Shown: piece by piece, positions 53,548-62,785 of the stretch
Layout of the letters: each line of letters begins with the position of its first letter
Position numbering within the stretch: the first letter of the stretch is position 1
Source of the DNA: an uncultured Bacillales bacterium
GTDB taxonomy: Bacteria; Bacillota_I; Bacilli_A; RFN20; CAG-288
Reading direction: 5' to 3'
Length of the DNA stretch: 64,000 nt
Assembly (NCBI GenBank): GCA_937874465.1
Contig: CALNAX010000016.1
Span: forward strand, 93,177 to 157,176
Program-made: the position numbers and the translations under genes
Notes under the pieces: generated by a model
What the model was told of the DNA's origin: nothing
The model's input: only the letters and a program-made list of their open reading frames with translations
The model's database searches: none

Positions 53548-53859
53548 CTACTTGGCGGAAGCGACAGCGGCCGGCTTCTCCTCCGCCTTGGGGAGCGCCT
53601 TCAGCTTGTTGTAGGCAGCGTAGACATGGGCCTTCTGCCTGTTTACGGTATTCTGCTTCTGGATGCCCAAGCCCAAAGAACGGTCGATGAGACCCAAGGC
53701 TATTTTCAAATCGGCCTCGGCGTTTACGGTGTCCTTCTTCTCGACATCGATCTCGACCTTCTTGATGGCGGTCCTGACCCGAGACTTGTAGGCCGAATTC
53801 CTCTGGTTGTTCTTCTCGTTAGTCAAAATATCTTTCTTTTCAGACTTTATCTGTGCCAT
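53548..53859 (-). CDS. rpsT: 30S ribosomal protein S20
   Basis: MAQIKSEKKD...RNSAYKSRVRTAIKK S20-type N-terminus. Strong terminator just downstream on the minus strand. Confidence 0.75.
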   Translation of the reverse strand: MAQIKSEKKDILTNEKNNQRNSAYKSRVRTAIKKVEIDVEKKDTVNAEADLKIALGLIDRSLGLGIQKQNTVNRQKAHVYAAYNKLKALPKAEEKPAAVASAK

Positions 53860-53928
53860 TTAGTGTATAGACTTTCCTTTCAATGAACAATTCTTAGCGT
53901 GTTGTATATTAGCACTTATGCCATATAT

Positions 53929-54807
53929 CTACAAGGAATCTTTGGCCTTGGGGGAAAGGGAATCGGACTTGATCAACATGATGGCCAATTCCTCCAAAGA
54001 GGGGCTCTTGGCCTCTAAACCGAGGTCTTCGAAAGTCCCCGCCTTGGCCAGGACTTCAAGCTCACCCGTCAGGGGATTGTCCCGCTTGGAGATTATCCCC
54101 TCCCGCAGGGCCAAATCCTTCTTGGCGGAAGGAAGGCTTATCAGCTCGTAGCGCGACATGAGGTTGGCCTTGGAATCGTCAAACAGTATCCTTCCCCTGT
54201 GGATGAAGATGAACCGGCTGCAGATTTTCTCCAAGTCCGACACTATGTGGGAGGAGATCAGAACCGTCCCCCTCTTGTCCCGGACGAAGGAAGCCAGGAT
54301 GCCCAAGAAGTCGTCGCGGGCCATGGGGTCCAGGCCATTGGCCGGTTCGTCGAGAATCAAAAGCCGCGAGCCATGGGACAGGGCGATTGCGATGTTCAGC
54401 TTGCCCTTCATGCCGTTTGAAAGCTCATTGATCCTCTTTGTCTTGTCTATCCCAAACGATTCGAGGTAGGAGAAGAACTTCCCGCTGTCCCAATCGAGGA
54501 ACAGGTCGTCGAGGATGTCGTTGAGCCTGGTGAGCCTGACCTTGTCCGGGAAGGTGGGTTCGTCGAACACTATTGAGTATTTCTCCCGGTCGGCCTTGGT
54601 CAAGTCCTCCTGCTCCTTCCCGAATATCGCCACTTCCCCACCGTCCTTATGGGTGAGCCCGGCGATTAGTTTCATGGTGGTGGTCTTGCCAGCCCCGTTC
54701 TCGCCGATGAAGCCGGTGATGGTGCCTTCCTCCAAGGCGAAGGAGACCCTGTCCAGGGTGAATTTGTCGAATGCCTTCCTAAGTCCGTTGACTTTCAATG
54801 CATCCAT
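53929..54807 (-). CDS. ABC transporter ATP-binding protein (ABC-2 exporter type)
   Basis: Walker A GENGAGKTT, signature LSNGMKGKL, Walker B LLILDEP. Confidence 0.85.
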   Translation of the reverse strand: MDALKVNGLRKAFDKFTLDRVSFALEEGTITGFIGENGAGKTTTMKLIAGLTHKDGGEVAIFGKEQEDLTKADREKYSIVFDEPTFPDKVRLTRLNDILDDLFLDWDSGKFFSYLESFGIDKTKRINELSNGMKGKLNIAIALSHGSRLLILDEPANGLDPMARDDFLGILASFVRDKRGTVLISSHIVSDLEKICSRFIFIHRGRILFDDSKANLMSRYELISLPSAKKDLALREGIISKRDNPLTGELEVLAKAGTFEDLGLEAKSPSLEELAIMLIKSDSLSPKAKDSL

Positions 54808-54819
54808 GGTCTTTCCCTC

Positions 54820-55542
54820 CTACATGTCTTTCCTGGTGAAGGAACGGTAGAAGGCCCAGTTCAAAAGGACGGTGGCCGTTACCGAGAGCAAAAAGACGAT
54901 CACCTCGACCCAAACCAAAGCAAGGCCATAACTTGAGGAAGTGTCAGGCGGAAGGAAGATGGTCAAGCCACCCCCAAAGGAGAGGGCGAGGCCCAAAAAG
55001 ACGCCGATGCTTACCAGCAGGCTGCTAATGTTTGGGGAAAAGGCGAAGCCGGCCAGGTTTCCCAAGGCGGACATCCCGGCACATACGAAGAACAAGTTGA
55101 GCCAGGAAACCATGTTGATGTATCCAAGGTCATATCCCATCGCGTTAACCTGGTAGTAGGAGATCCCGAAGAACATCGGGAAGACCAAAAGCGCCATCGC
55201 GCCACTGGCCAAGAGGCCATAGCCGGTCTTGGCCCAATATATCTCCTTGCGGGTGATGCCGATGGTAACCAGGAACTGTATCCACCCGCTCTTCATGTCG
55301 CGCATCATCATCCCTATGGTCAAAGAACTCGCATAGGATACCGACATCGCCAGGCCGATGCTGGAAGCCAGGGAGGTCATGCCGTTAAGGAAGGTGTTGT
55401 CGTCTTTGGTCGAAGGATCGTAAGGCACGCCGATATAGGCCATGAAGACCAAGGAAAGGCCAAAGCCTAGCAGGAAGATGGCCCCGAAGACCAGTTCTGG
55501 CCACAAGTTGTCACTAAGATCCTTCTTCAAGATCCCTCTCAT
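54820..55542 (-). CDS. ABC-2 family permease (6 TM)
   Basis: Multi-TM hydrophobic protein immediately upstream of and co-oriented with the ATPase. Confidence 0.6.
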   Translation of the reverse strand: MRGILKKDLSDNLWPELVFGAIFLLGFGLSLVFMAYIGVPYDPSTKDDNTFLNGMTSLASSIGLAMSVSYASSLTIGMMMRDMKSGWIQFLVTIGITRKEIYWAKTGYGLLASGAMALLVFPMFFGISYYQVNAMGYDLGYINMVSWLNLFFVCAGMSALGNLAGFAFSPNISSLLVSIGVFLGLALSFGGGLTIFLPPDTSSSYGLALVWVEVIVFLLSVTATVLLNWAFYRSFTRKDM

Positions 55543-55620
55543 GTGTTTCTCCTTTGCGCATAGTCTACCCCAAATCTATGGCCGTATTGTAAAATCGGAT
55601 AAAGAAAAAGAGGCCCGAAA

Positions 55621-56280
55621 ATGACAGATTACGCAAGCTATATCGACTCTACGTTGCTTAAGCCCGATGCGACCCAAGAAGAGATTTCCGCCCTGTGCAA
55701 GGAAGCCCGTGGATTCAAGTTCAAATCCGTATGCGTGAATCCTTCCCGCATTGCCCTGGCCAAGAGGCTTTTGGAGGGGAGCGGGGTCGGGGTAGTGACC
55801 GTCATCGGTTTCCCCTTGGGGGCGACCCTGGGGAAATCCAAGGCCTTCGAAGCCAAGGAGAGCATACGGGAGGGAGCCGATGAGGTCGACATGGTCATAA
55901 ACATCGGCAAGGTCAAGGATCACGACTGGGACTTCGTGACCGAAGACATCAGGGAGGTAAGGGAAGCCGCGGGAAACCATGTCCTCAAGGTCATCCTCGA
56001 ATGCTGTCTCCTCACCGACGAGGAAAAGGTCAAGGCCTGTGAATGCGCGGCAAGGGCCAAGGCCGATTTCGTAAAGACCTCGACCGGTTTTGCCAAAGGC
56101 GGGGCCACCGTCCATGACGTGAGTCTTATGGCAAAGGCCGTCAGGGGGAAACTGGGCGTCAAGGCGGCCGGGGGGATAAGGGACGGCAAGACAATGCTTT
56201 CCCTCATCCAGGCGGGTGCCACCAGGATCGGGACTTCCCATGGGGCCCAGTTGCTCAAGGACTTGGGCGCCAAACTGTAG
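55621..56280 (+). CDS. deoC: deoxyribose-phosphate aldolase
   Basis: IDSTLLKPDAT, VCVNP, and Schiff-base lysine context DFVKTSTGF. Confidence 0.9.
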   Translation: MTDYASYIDSTLLKPDATQEEISALCKEARGFKFKSVCVNPSRIALAKRLLEGSGVGVVTVIGFPLGATLGKSKAFEAKESIREGADEVDMVINIGKVKDHDWDFVTEDIREVREAAGNHVLKVILECCLLTDEEKVKACECAARAKADFVKTSTGFAKGGATVHDVSLMAKAVRGKLGVKAAGGIRDGKTMLSLIQAGATRIGTSHGAQLLKDLGAKL

Positions 56281-56299
56281 GCAGGGGAGACGGATACGC

Positions 56300-56334
56300 A
56301 AAAAAGGCCTTGGCTTCGCGGCCAAGGCTTTTCG
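56300..56334. terminator. bidirectional terminator between deoC (+) and rnj (-)
   Basis: GCCTTGGC-ttcgcg-GCCAAGGC perfect stem flanked by AAAAA and TTTT. Confidence 0.75.
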
Positions 56335-56338
56335 TTTG

Positions 56339-58228
56339 CTACTTCTTCTCTTCAGTATCGGCAGGCGTCGTGACGACCGGCTTACGCGGCGAGGGAAGGT
56401 CGATCTTCACGTTGGGGACCTGGGAGGCAACGGGGGCGGGAGCGGGAGACCTATTTAACTGGGGTCGGCGCGGATGGAAGAAGTTCTTGCTGCCGGGAGT
56501 CCTATTCTCATGGGCCTTGTGTCGCTGCTCCAAGGAGCGTTGGGCCTCATCGGCATTGCGGATGACGCAGATCACAATAGGCTGCTTGTCGGTCTCCTTC
56601 TTGAGGAAGCGGGAGATCTTCTCCGAAGCCTTGTGCTGGATCTCGGCCAGAGCCACGGGTTTCTCCGACTTAAGCAAAGAGTCGACCGTGGCGGAGAAAA
56701 TGGCATTCACGTTGTCGACCAGCTTGGTCGAATCCTTAAGATAGATGAAACCCCTCATCTGGATATCGGGGGTGCTAAGCTGGACCTTGTTCTTAAGGGA
56801 AACCAGAGCCCCCATGAGGATCACGCCATCCGAAGACATCGTGGCACGTTCCTCTAGCACGTTGTCCTTGACTTCCCCCACCGTGGCACCATCCACTACC
56901 ACGTCATTGGCCAAGACCTTCTCGGGTACGGGGATGAATTCACCTTTGTCATCGAACTTTATGAACATGCCGTTGTCGTATACGAATATGTTCCGATGGT
57001 TCAAGCCGATGTCCATGTCAACGGCAGTGCGGGCATTTGCCATCAACTGCCTGAATTCCCCCTTGACAGGCATGTAGTACTTGGGGTGGAAGAGGGTGAT
57101 CATCATCTTGATGTCTTCCTGCTGGGCATGCATGGCGGCGATGTCCCGGCGGGTGATGTTCAAGACCTTGGCTCCCGTGGCGAATACCGTATCCAAAGCC
57201 TCGGTGTGCTGAACCTCGATACCCGGAACGGAAGGGCAGGCCATGATGAAGGTGTCACCAACCCCGAGGCCGAATCCTTCGGCTTTGCGGGCACCGTAGG
57301 CCAGTTCCTTTATGTCGCTGAAAAGCTTGAGGCCGGAACCGGTTATTATGACGACGCGCTGATTCTCGGGTACCGACTTTATGTCGGTGAACGGCACGTA
57401 GTGACCGGTCGGGATGACCAAATCGCCCGAAGCGTTGAACGACTTCAAAAAATCGGTCATTTCCGGAGTGTAGAAGGTCACCACCTTGTCGGCCTTCACC
57501 GCCGTGTCTATGACTTCTTGGATATTGAAGAAGTTCTGGGTGTACAGGGCGATGTAGACCGGCCCTTTGGCCTCTTCGAAAGCCGACTCTATATGGGGCG
57601 CCAGACGGTGGTTAGGCGAAGCGGTCCCAGGGAGCTGGGCGCTTTCGGATTCGCACATCAAAAGGAGGGTCTTGTCCGCCTGGGCGATCTGGCACATCCT
57701 GGGCATATCGAAGGAGAAGTTACCGGAGTGGTTGTAGTCGGATATGAAGTCGGAGGTATAGACGATGTTGCCGGCCGAGGTCTTAAGCGAGAACCCAAAT
57801 GAATTGGGCATCGAATGCGTGGTCTGGAAGAACTGGAACACATGTCCGGCAATAGTGACGGTCGAGGAGGGGACGACGCTTACGAACCTATAGGTCCCGA
57901 AGCGGCGGAACTTCCTCCCGTAATCCATCCTTATCATGTTTATGGTGGTCGAAGAAGCGTAGACAGGCACGTTGATAAGGTTAAGGAGGTAGGGCAAAGC
58001 ACCATATTGGCTGTCATGGCCATGGGTTATTATCACGGCTTTTACCCTGCTGGAATTGCGTCTCAGGTAATCGAAATTAGGTATCAGGTAATCCACGCCA
58101 GGATTGTCGGCTGCCGGGTACTTAAGTCCGCATTCAATCACGAATATGTCGCCATCTACCTCAAGGCAATAACAGTTTTTGCCCGATTCATTAAGGCCGC
58201 CCAAAGCGACCACACGCGCTTTATCCAT
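56339..58228 (-). CDS. rnj: ribonuclease J (MBL / beta-CASP) with a basic Pro-rich C-terminal tail
   Basis: HGHDSQYGALPYLL (MBL His motif), beta-CASP and RNase J C-terminal domain. The last ~60 aa are low-complexity K/R/P. Confidence 0.9.
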   Translation of the reverse strand: MDKARVVALGGLNESGKNCYCLEVDGDIFVIECGLKYPAADNPGVDYLIPNFDYLRRNSSRVKAVIITHGHDSQYGALPYLLNLINVPVYASSTTINMIRMDYGRKFRRFGTYRFVSVVPSSTVTIAGHVFQFFQTTHSMPNSFGFSLKTSAGNIVYTSDFISDYNHSGNFSFDMPRMCQIAQADKTLLLMCESESAQLPGTASPNHRLAPHIESAFEEAKGPVYIALYTQNFFNIQEVIDTAVKADKVVTFYTPEMTDFLKSFNASGDLVIPTGHYVPFTDIKSVPENQRVVIITGSGLKLFSDIKELAYGARKAEGFGLGVGDTFIMACPSVPGIEVQHTEALDTVFATGAKVLNITRRDIAAMHAQQEDIKMMITLFHPKYYMPVKGEFRQLMANARTAVDMDIGLNHRNIFVYDNGMFIKFDDKGEFIPVPEKVLANDVVVDGATVGEVKDNVLEERATMSSDGVILMGALVSLKNKVQLSTPDIQMRGFIYLKDSTKLVDNVNAIFSATVDSLLKSEKPVALAEIQHKASEKISRFLKKETDKQPIVICVIRNADEAQRSLEQRHKAHENRTPGSKNFFHPRRPQLNRSPAPAPVASQVPNVKIDLPSPRKPVVTTPADTEEKK

Positions 58229-58259
58229 TTTTAGTAAGAAAATTATCTCCCGTTAGCAA

Positions 58260-58276
58260 GCAAACACATTGTTTGC
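58260..58276. promoter_or_regulatory. perfect 7-3-7 palindrome GCAAACA-cat-TGTTTGC in the rnj / ybaK divergent promoter region (candidate operator)
   Basis: Read directly from the sequence. It sits in an AT-rich 128-bp spacer between two divergent starts. Confidence 0.4.
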
Positions 58277-58356
58277 AATCTCAAAATCATGATTAATATA
58301 TTACATTTGCTGCCTGGTGGCAATCCAAATTAGGCAAGAAAGGTCAAAGGCACACA

Positions 58357-58836
58357 ATGGAAACCAAAACTAACGTCATGAGGCTCTTGGAGCAGGCGCA
58401 TGTCAAATATGTCCCCCATTTCTACAAAGCCGATCCTACCCTCACCGGGGCCCAGATAGCCCAGATATTGGGAGAGAGAATAGAAACGGTGTTCAAGACA
58501 TTGGTCGCACAGGGTAAAAGCGGAGACTATTTCGCCTTCTTGGTCCCGGTAGCGAAAGAGCTGGACCTGAAAAAGGCCGCTTCCGCTGCGGGGGAGAAAT
58601 CCATTGAGATGTTGCCGTTGAAGAAGCTCTTGCCTGTCACCGGCTATGTCCATGGTGGTTGCAGTCCAATAGGAATGAAGAAAAGAATGAGGCATTTCAT
58701 CGATTCTACCGCCTTATCGTTTGGAAGCATTTCGTTTTCGGGCGGGAGGGTCGGGGCCCAGGTGACCGTGAAGACGACTGATGCCTTGAAGGTGGCAGAG
58801 CTTATTCCCGCTTCCTTTGCCAAGGACCCTGACTGA
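58357..58836 (+). CDS. ybaK: Cys-tRNA(Pro)/Cys-tRNA(Cys) deacylase YbaK/ProX family
   Basis: YbaK fold motifs (VFKTLVAQGKSGDYFAFLVP...GYVHGGCSPIGMKK). Confidence 0.85.
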   Translation: METKTNVMRLLEQAHVKYVPHFYKADPTLTGAQIAQILGERIETVFKTLVAQGKSGDYFAFLVPVAKELDLKKAASAAGEKSIEMLPLKKLLPVTGYVHGGCSPIGMKKRMRHFIDSTALSFGSISFSGGRVGAQVTVKTTDALKVAELIPASFAKDPD

Positions 58837-60495
58837 TCACTTGGGGAAGGTCAAGACGAAGCTGGTGCCCTTGTTCAGCTCCGATTCGACGGCGATCTTG
58901 ATCGAATAGTAAAGGCAGACGTGTTTGACTATGGCTAAACCCAAGCCGGTTCCTTCGGCCTTGGTCCCCTTTACCCTATAGAACCTCTCGAAGATGCGGG
59001 CAAGATCCTCCTTCGCGATGCCGACGCCCGTATCCGCGACCGTTATCTTCCTTTCCTTGGCATCGATCCCGACGAAGACGGAGCCATTGGGACGGTTGTA
59101 CTTCAGGGCATTGTCCATCAGGTTTCGCAATAGTCTTTCCGCATCCTGGGGATTCATGTCGAACGTCAGGCTTTGCAGGTCGCGGATGATCTTCACCCCC
59201 CTTGCGTTCGCTTCCGGCACAAAGTCCTCGATGCAGGAAAGGGCAACCCGGCCGAGATCGACGGGCGAAAGCGAACGTGGTTGACTGGACTCCAAGTAGG
59301 AAAGGTCAAGCATGTCCCTTATCATTCCCCTCATCTCCTTGGCCTGCCTGATCGAGTTATCCAAGGCGGTGTTGATCTCCGCGGGCTTCTTTAGCAATCC
59401 CGACCTTATCATTTCCTGATACCCGATGATGGAGGTCAAGGGCGACTTGAGCTCGTGGCTGGCATAGACGAAGAAGTCGGTCTTGGCATTCTCGAGTCGC
59501 CTCCTATCGGAAACGTCCTCGAATACCAGGGCCACGCCCGGCTTTTGCTCCTTTACCTTGAAGCGGGAGAGGGTGACGAAATATATCTTGTCCCCGCGCT
59601 CCCAGTCCAGGGACTGACTCTTGCCTTCGCCCAACACCTTCGCTATCGAATCCTTGAATTCGCCGACGGGATTTGCAAAACCTTGCCCCTTGCCGCCCGC
59701 GCCAAGGATCTCGCTGGCCTTTTGGTTTTCCAGGATTGCCGACCCGCCGTAGTCTAAGGCCAAGAAGCCCTGGGTCATGGAGTCGAGAATTATTTGGGCC
59801 TTGTCCCGCTCCTGCTCGGCGCTGGCCGCATTGCTCGCCAAGATGCCGGTGGATACCTCGATGGCAGGGACCATCAAGTTTGGGTTGCTTGCGAAGTTCC
59901 AGCCCTGGAGATCCAATCCCCCGGCCTTGGAGAGGCTTTCCACTGCCTTCCCGATGGGCCTGGCCAACTTCGTGGTGAAGTCAAGCCACAGGGCCGTCAT
60001 CACCACGCTGGTGGCAACCCAAAAGGCGGCTCCCGCATAGATGAGGGAAAGGGGAACCAGAAGCCAGGGAGCGGTTCTCACCCCGAAGACGAATTCCCCG
60101 CTGGTACCATCCTTTGCCGTCAAAAGGCCCGAATCGAAGGCGAGGTACCCTATGCCACCACCGTTTACATAGAAGGTCTCTCTTTTCCCCGTGAATGCCT
60201 CCGCCTCGATCCCACTCCCGTCACCTGCAAGGGTCTCGAATCCCGCTGAGGAGTTGAGCAACACTATCGTATCCTCGCCCAAGGGATTGAGTTGGTAGCT
60301 TTCGGCCACATTACTTTCGAAAGAGGCTAAACCGTTGGCGTAGAAAAAATCGGAAAGAGTGTTTCCCGTGGCATTGACGATGCTCTTCAGCCTTGTTTCC
60401 TGAGTCAGGTAGTAAGGCAAGGCGGTCCCCAGATACAGAGCGGCCATTCCGCCTATTCCCACCAAAAGCCAGGAGAGCCCAATCCGTTTCCTCAT
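58837..60495 (-). CDS. sensor histidine kinase (PhoR-like; extracytoplasmic sensor domain, PAS, HisKA, HATPase_c)
   Basis: H-box ASHELKSPL; N, G1 and G2 boxes (NALKYN, DTGVGI, GLGLAI); two TM segments flanking a ~130-aa extracellular domain. It sits next to phoU and pst. Confidence 0.85.
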   Translation of the reverse strand: MRKRIGLSWLLVGIGGMAALYLGTALPYYLTQETRLKSIVNATGNTLSDFFYANGLASFESNVAESYQLNPLGEDTIVLLNSSAGFETLAGDGSGIEAEAFTGKRETFYVNGGGIGYLAFDSGLLTAKDGTSGEFVFGVRTAPWLLVPLSLIYAGAAFWVATSVVMTALWLDFTTKLARPIGKAVESLSKAGGLDLQGWNFASNPNLMVPAIEVSTGILASNAASAEQERDKAQIILDSMTQGFLALDYGGSAILENQKASEILGAGGKGQGFANPVGEFKDSIAKVLGEGKSQSLDWERGDKIYFVTLSRFKVKEQKPGVALVFEDVSDRRRLENAKTDFFVYASHELKSPLTSIIGYQEMIRSGLLKKPAEINTALDNSIRQAKEMRGMIRDMLDLSYLESSQPRSLSPVDLGRVALSCIEDFVPEANARGVKIIRDLQSLTFDMNPQDAERLLRNLMDNALKYNRPNGSVFVGIDAKERKITVADTGVGIAKEDLARIFERFYRVKGTKAEGTGLGLAIVKHVCLYYSIKIAVESELNKGTSFVLTFPK

Positions 60496-60502
60496 TTCCC
60501 CC

Positions 60503-61198
60503 TCACTTTTCCGAAAGGCGGTAGCCTATTCCGTAGACGGTTTGGAGGAGTTTCCCCTCTCTGTCATCTATCTTCAGCCTTATCGCGCGGACATGCATGT
60601 CGATGGTCCTGGTCGTCAAGGGGTCCACATGGCCCCAGAGGACTTGGATTAGGTGCTGGCGGCTTACGACCGATCCCCCCTTGGCTATCAATTCCCTAAG
60701 GATTGCGAATTCGGCGTTGGTGAGGTGCAGTTCACTTCCCCTGAAAAAGGCTTGGTGGGCGTTCGGATCAAGGGTCAAGCCGGCGAATTCCATCTTCTTG
60801 GTCCCGGGGACGTTGCGGAACCGGGCATTGACGCGGGCCAGGAATTCCAAGATGTCGAATGGCTTCTCGATGTAGTCGTCAGCCCCTGAATCGAGACCGA
60901 GGACCTTGTCCGTCAGCATGGTCTTGGCTGACACGATTATCACCTGGACCTCGGCATTTTCGGTATCCTTCCTGATCTCCCTTAGTATTTCCTCGCCCTG
61001 GATGTCTGGCAGCATCAGGTCGAGGATGACCAAATCTGGCTTATCCTTGGCGAAACCCGTCAGGAAAGACCGGCCATCAGCAAAAGGCCGGACCGAATAG
61101 CCTTCCTTGGTCAAGGCCAAAACTTCCAGGTTACGTATGTCATCGTTGTCTTCTACGACCGCAACCGAACGGTCGTCCCTATCGCTGCCCTTTTCCAT
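60503..61198 (-). CDS. OmpR/PhoB-family response regulator (PhoP-like)
   Basis: Receiver domain DLVILDLMLPD. C-terminal winged helix LTNAEFAILREL...GYRL. Confidence 0.9.
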   Translation of the reverse strand: MEKGSDRDDRSVAVVEDNDDIRNLEVLALTKEGYSVRPFADGRSFLTGFAKDKPDLVILDLMLPDIQGEEILREIRKDTENAEVQVIIVSAKTMLTDKVLGLDSGADDYIEKPFDILEFLARVNARFRNVPGTKKMEFAGLTLDPNAHQAFFRGSELHLTNAEFAILRELIAKGGSVVSRQHLIQVLWGHVDPLTTRTIDMHVRAIRLKIDDREGKLLQTVYGIGYRLSEK

Positions 61199-61208
61199 TG
61201 GCCTTACC

Positions 61209-61859
61209 TCAGATTATTATGCTGTCCTTATGGAAGCCGTTCTTGATGAACACGACCCATTCGGCGATGTTGACGGCATGGTCGGCGATCCTCTCGATGT
61301 ACTTAAGGACCAAGGTCTGGTAGATGGCATATTGGGTCGATATCTCCTTGTTCTCGGCCACCTTGATGAGGTCGGACATGATGACGTCGTACTTGTTGTC
61401 GACCTCGTTGTCGTGGGAAGCCACCTGCTCGGCCAGGTCGGTGTCGTAGTTTACGAAGGACTTCACCGAATCGTCGTAGAGCTTGAGGACCCAGTCGACC
61501 AGTTCCTGGACCTGGGCAAGGTCCACCCCCTTCTCGTTCAGGCCCTTGATCTTGTCTGCCGCTTCCTTTATGTCCCGGGCATGGTCGCCGATCCTTTCGA
61601 TGTCGGTCACGAGTTTCAAGGCTCCGGTGACCCGCCGCAGGTCGGCGGCATAGACCTTCTCCTTCAAGAGGATGGAGAGACACCAGGCCTCCACGTTGCG
61701 TTCGCAGGCGTTTACCTGGTCATCGTCGATTTCGGCATCGAAGCGGCTGTCCTCGTTCGAAAGGTAGTACACCAAGGCCCGCCTGAGGAACTCCCTCGTC
61801 AGGGAGAACATCTTCTCTATTTCTTCGTTTATGTATGCTAGTTCTTGATCTAGGTTCAT
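61209..61859 (-). CDS. phoU: phosphate signalling complex protein PhoU
   Basis: Two PhoU repeats (DxxERIGDH-type: VTDIERIGDHARDI and YIERIADHAVNI). Confidence 0.85.
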   Translation of the reverse strand: MNLDQELAYINEEIEKMFSLTREFLRRALVYYLSNEDSRFDAEIDDDQVNACERNVEAWCLSILLKEKVYAADLRRVTGALKLVTDIERIGDHARDIKEAADKIKGLNEKGVDLAQVQELVDWVLKLYDDSVKSFVNYDTDLAEQVASHDNEVDNKYDVIMSDLIKVAENKEISTQYAIYQTLVLKYIERIADHAVNIAEWVVFIKNGFHKDSIII

Positions 61860-61873
61860 TTTCCCATCTCCCT

Positions 61874-62785
61874 CTAGCTGAACCTGCCGGTAATGTAGTC
61901 CTCGCTCTCCTTTTCCTTGGGGTGCGAGAAGAACTCGTCGGTCGGGGCGAATTCGACCAATCTACCCAGCATGAAGAAGGCGGTATAGTCGCTGACCCGG
62001 GTCGCCTGCTGCATGTTGTGGGTCACGATGATGATGGTGTATTTCTCCTTCAACTTGGTTATCAAATCCTCGATCTTCTTGGTTGCGATGGGATCCAAGG
62101 CGGAAGTGGGTTCGTCCATCAATATGACGTCAGGACGCATGGCCACGCAGCGAGCGATGCAAAGGCGTTGCTGCTGACCGCCGGACAAGGCCATGCCCGA
62201 ATCCTTCAACCGGTCCTTCACCTCATCGTAGAGGGCCGCTTCCCTAAGGCTGTCCTCGGTAAGCTTGGCGAGATATTTCTTGTCCCTTATCCCCTGGCAG
62301 CGGGGACCATAGGTAATGTTGTCCCTTATCGACATCGGAAAGGGATTGGGCTGCTGGAATACCATGCCGACCCTGGTGCGCAAGAGAATGGGGTTCATCT
62401 GCTTGACGTCGATGCCGTCATAGAGGAGCTGACCGGTGATATGGCAAGTATCGATGAGGTCGTTCATGCGGTCGAAGCACCGCAAGAAGGTCGACTTCCC
62501 ACAACCGGACGGGCCGATGAAGGCGGTGACCTTCTTCCGATAGACCTTGATGTTTATCGAATGGAGGGCTTCCTTGTCCCCATAGGAAAGGCAAAGGCTG
62601 CGGGACTCGAACACCACGTCTTTGGGTGTCTCGTATTTCTCTTCCTCTTGGGCGATGGCCGGGGCGCCTATTACGGCCGGTCTCCCGATGTCCAAGTCGG
62701 CCCTCCTGTCGGCTTCCCTCATGGCTTCGAGGCGCTTTTGGGCTTTGGCCCTCTCGCGTTTTTCCTCTTCGCTTTCTTCGTTCAT
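61874..62785 (-). CDS. pstB: phosphate ABC transporter ATP-binding protein PstB
   Basis: Walker [10 protein letters not shown], signature LSGGQQQRL, Walker B ILMDEP. Start placed at MNEESE (ATGA overlap with the pstA stop). The track's longer start (62836) would overlap pstA by 55 nt. Confidence 0.8.
   Translation of the reverse strand: MNEESEEEKRERAKAQKRLEAMREADRRADLDIGRPAVIGAPAIAQEEEKYETPKDVVFESRSLCLSYGDKEALHSINIKVYRKKVTAFIGPSGCGKSTFLRCFDRMNDLIDTCHITGQLLYDGIDVKQMNPILLRTRVGMVFQQPNPFPMSIRDNITYGPRCQGIRDKKYLAKLTEDSLREAALYDEVKDRLKDSGMALSGGQQQRLCIARCVAMRPDVILMDEPTSALDPIATKKIEDLITKLKEKYTIIIVTHNMQQATRVSDYTAFFMLGRLVEFAPTDEFFSHPKEKESEDYITGRFS

Noticed and set aside
53895-53910. TTAGCACT half-site near the rpsT promoter, considered as a third CIRCE
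   Set aside because: Only one arm is present, with no GAGTGCTAA partner at N9. It is a chance half-match.
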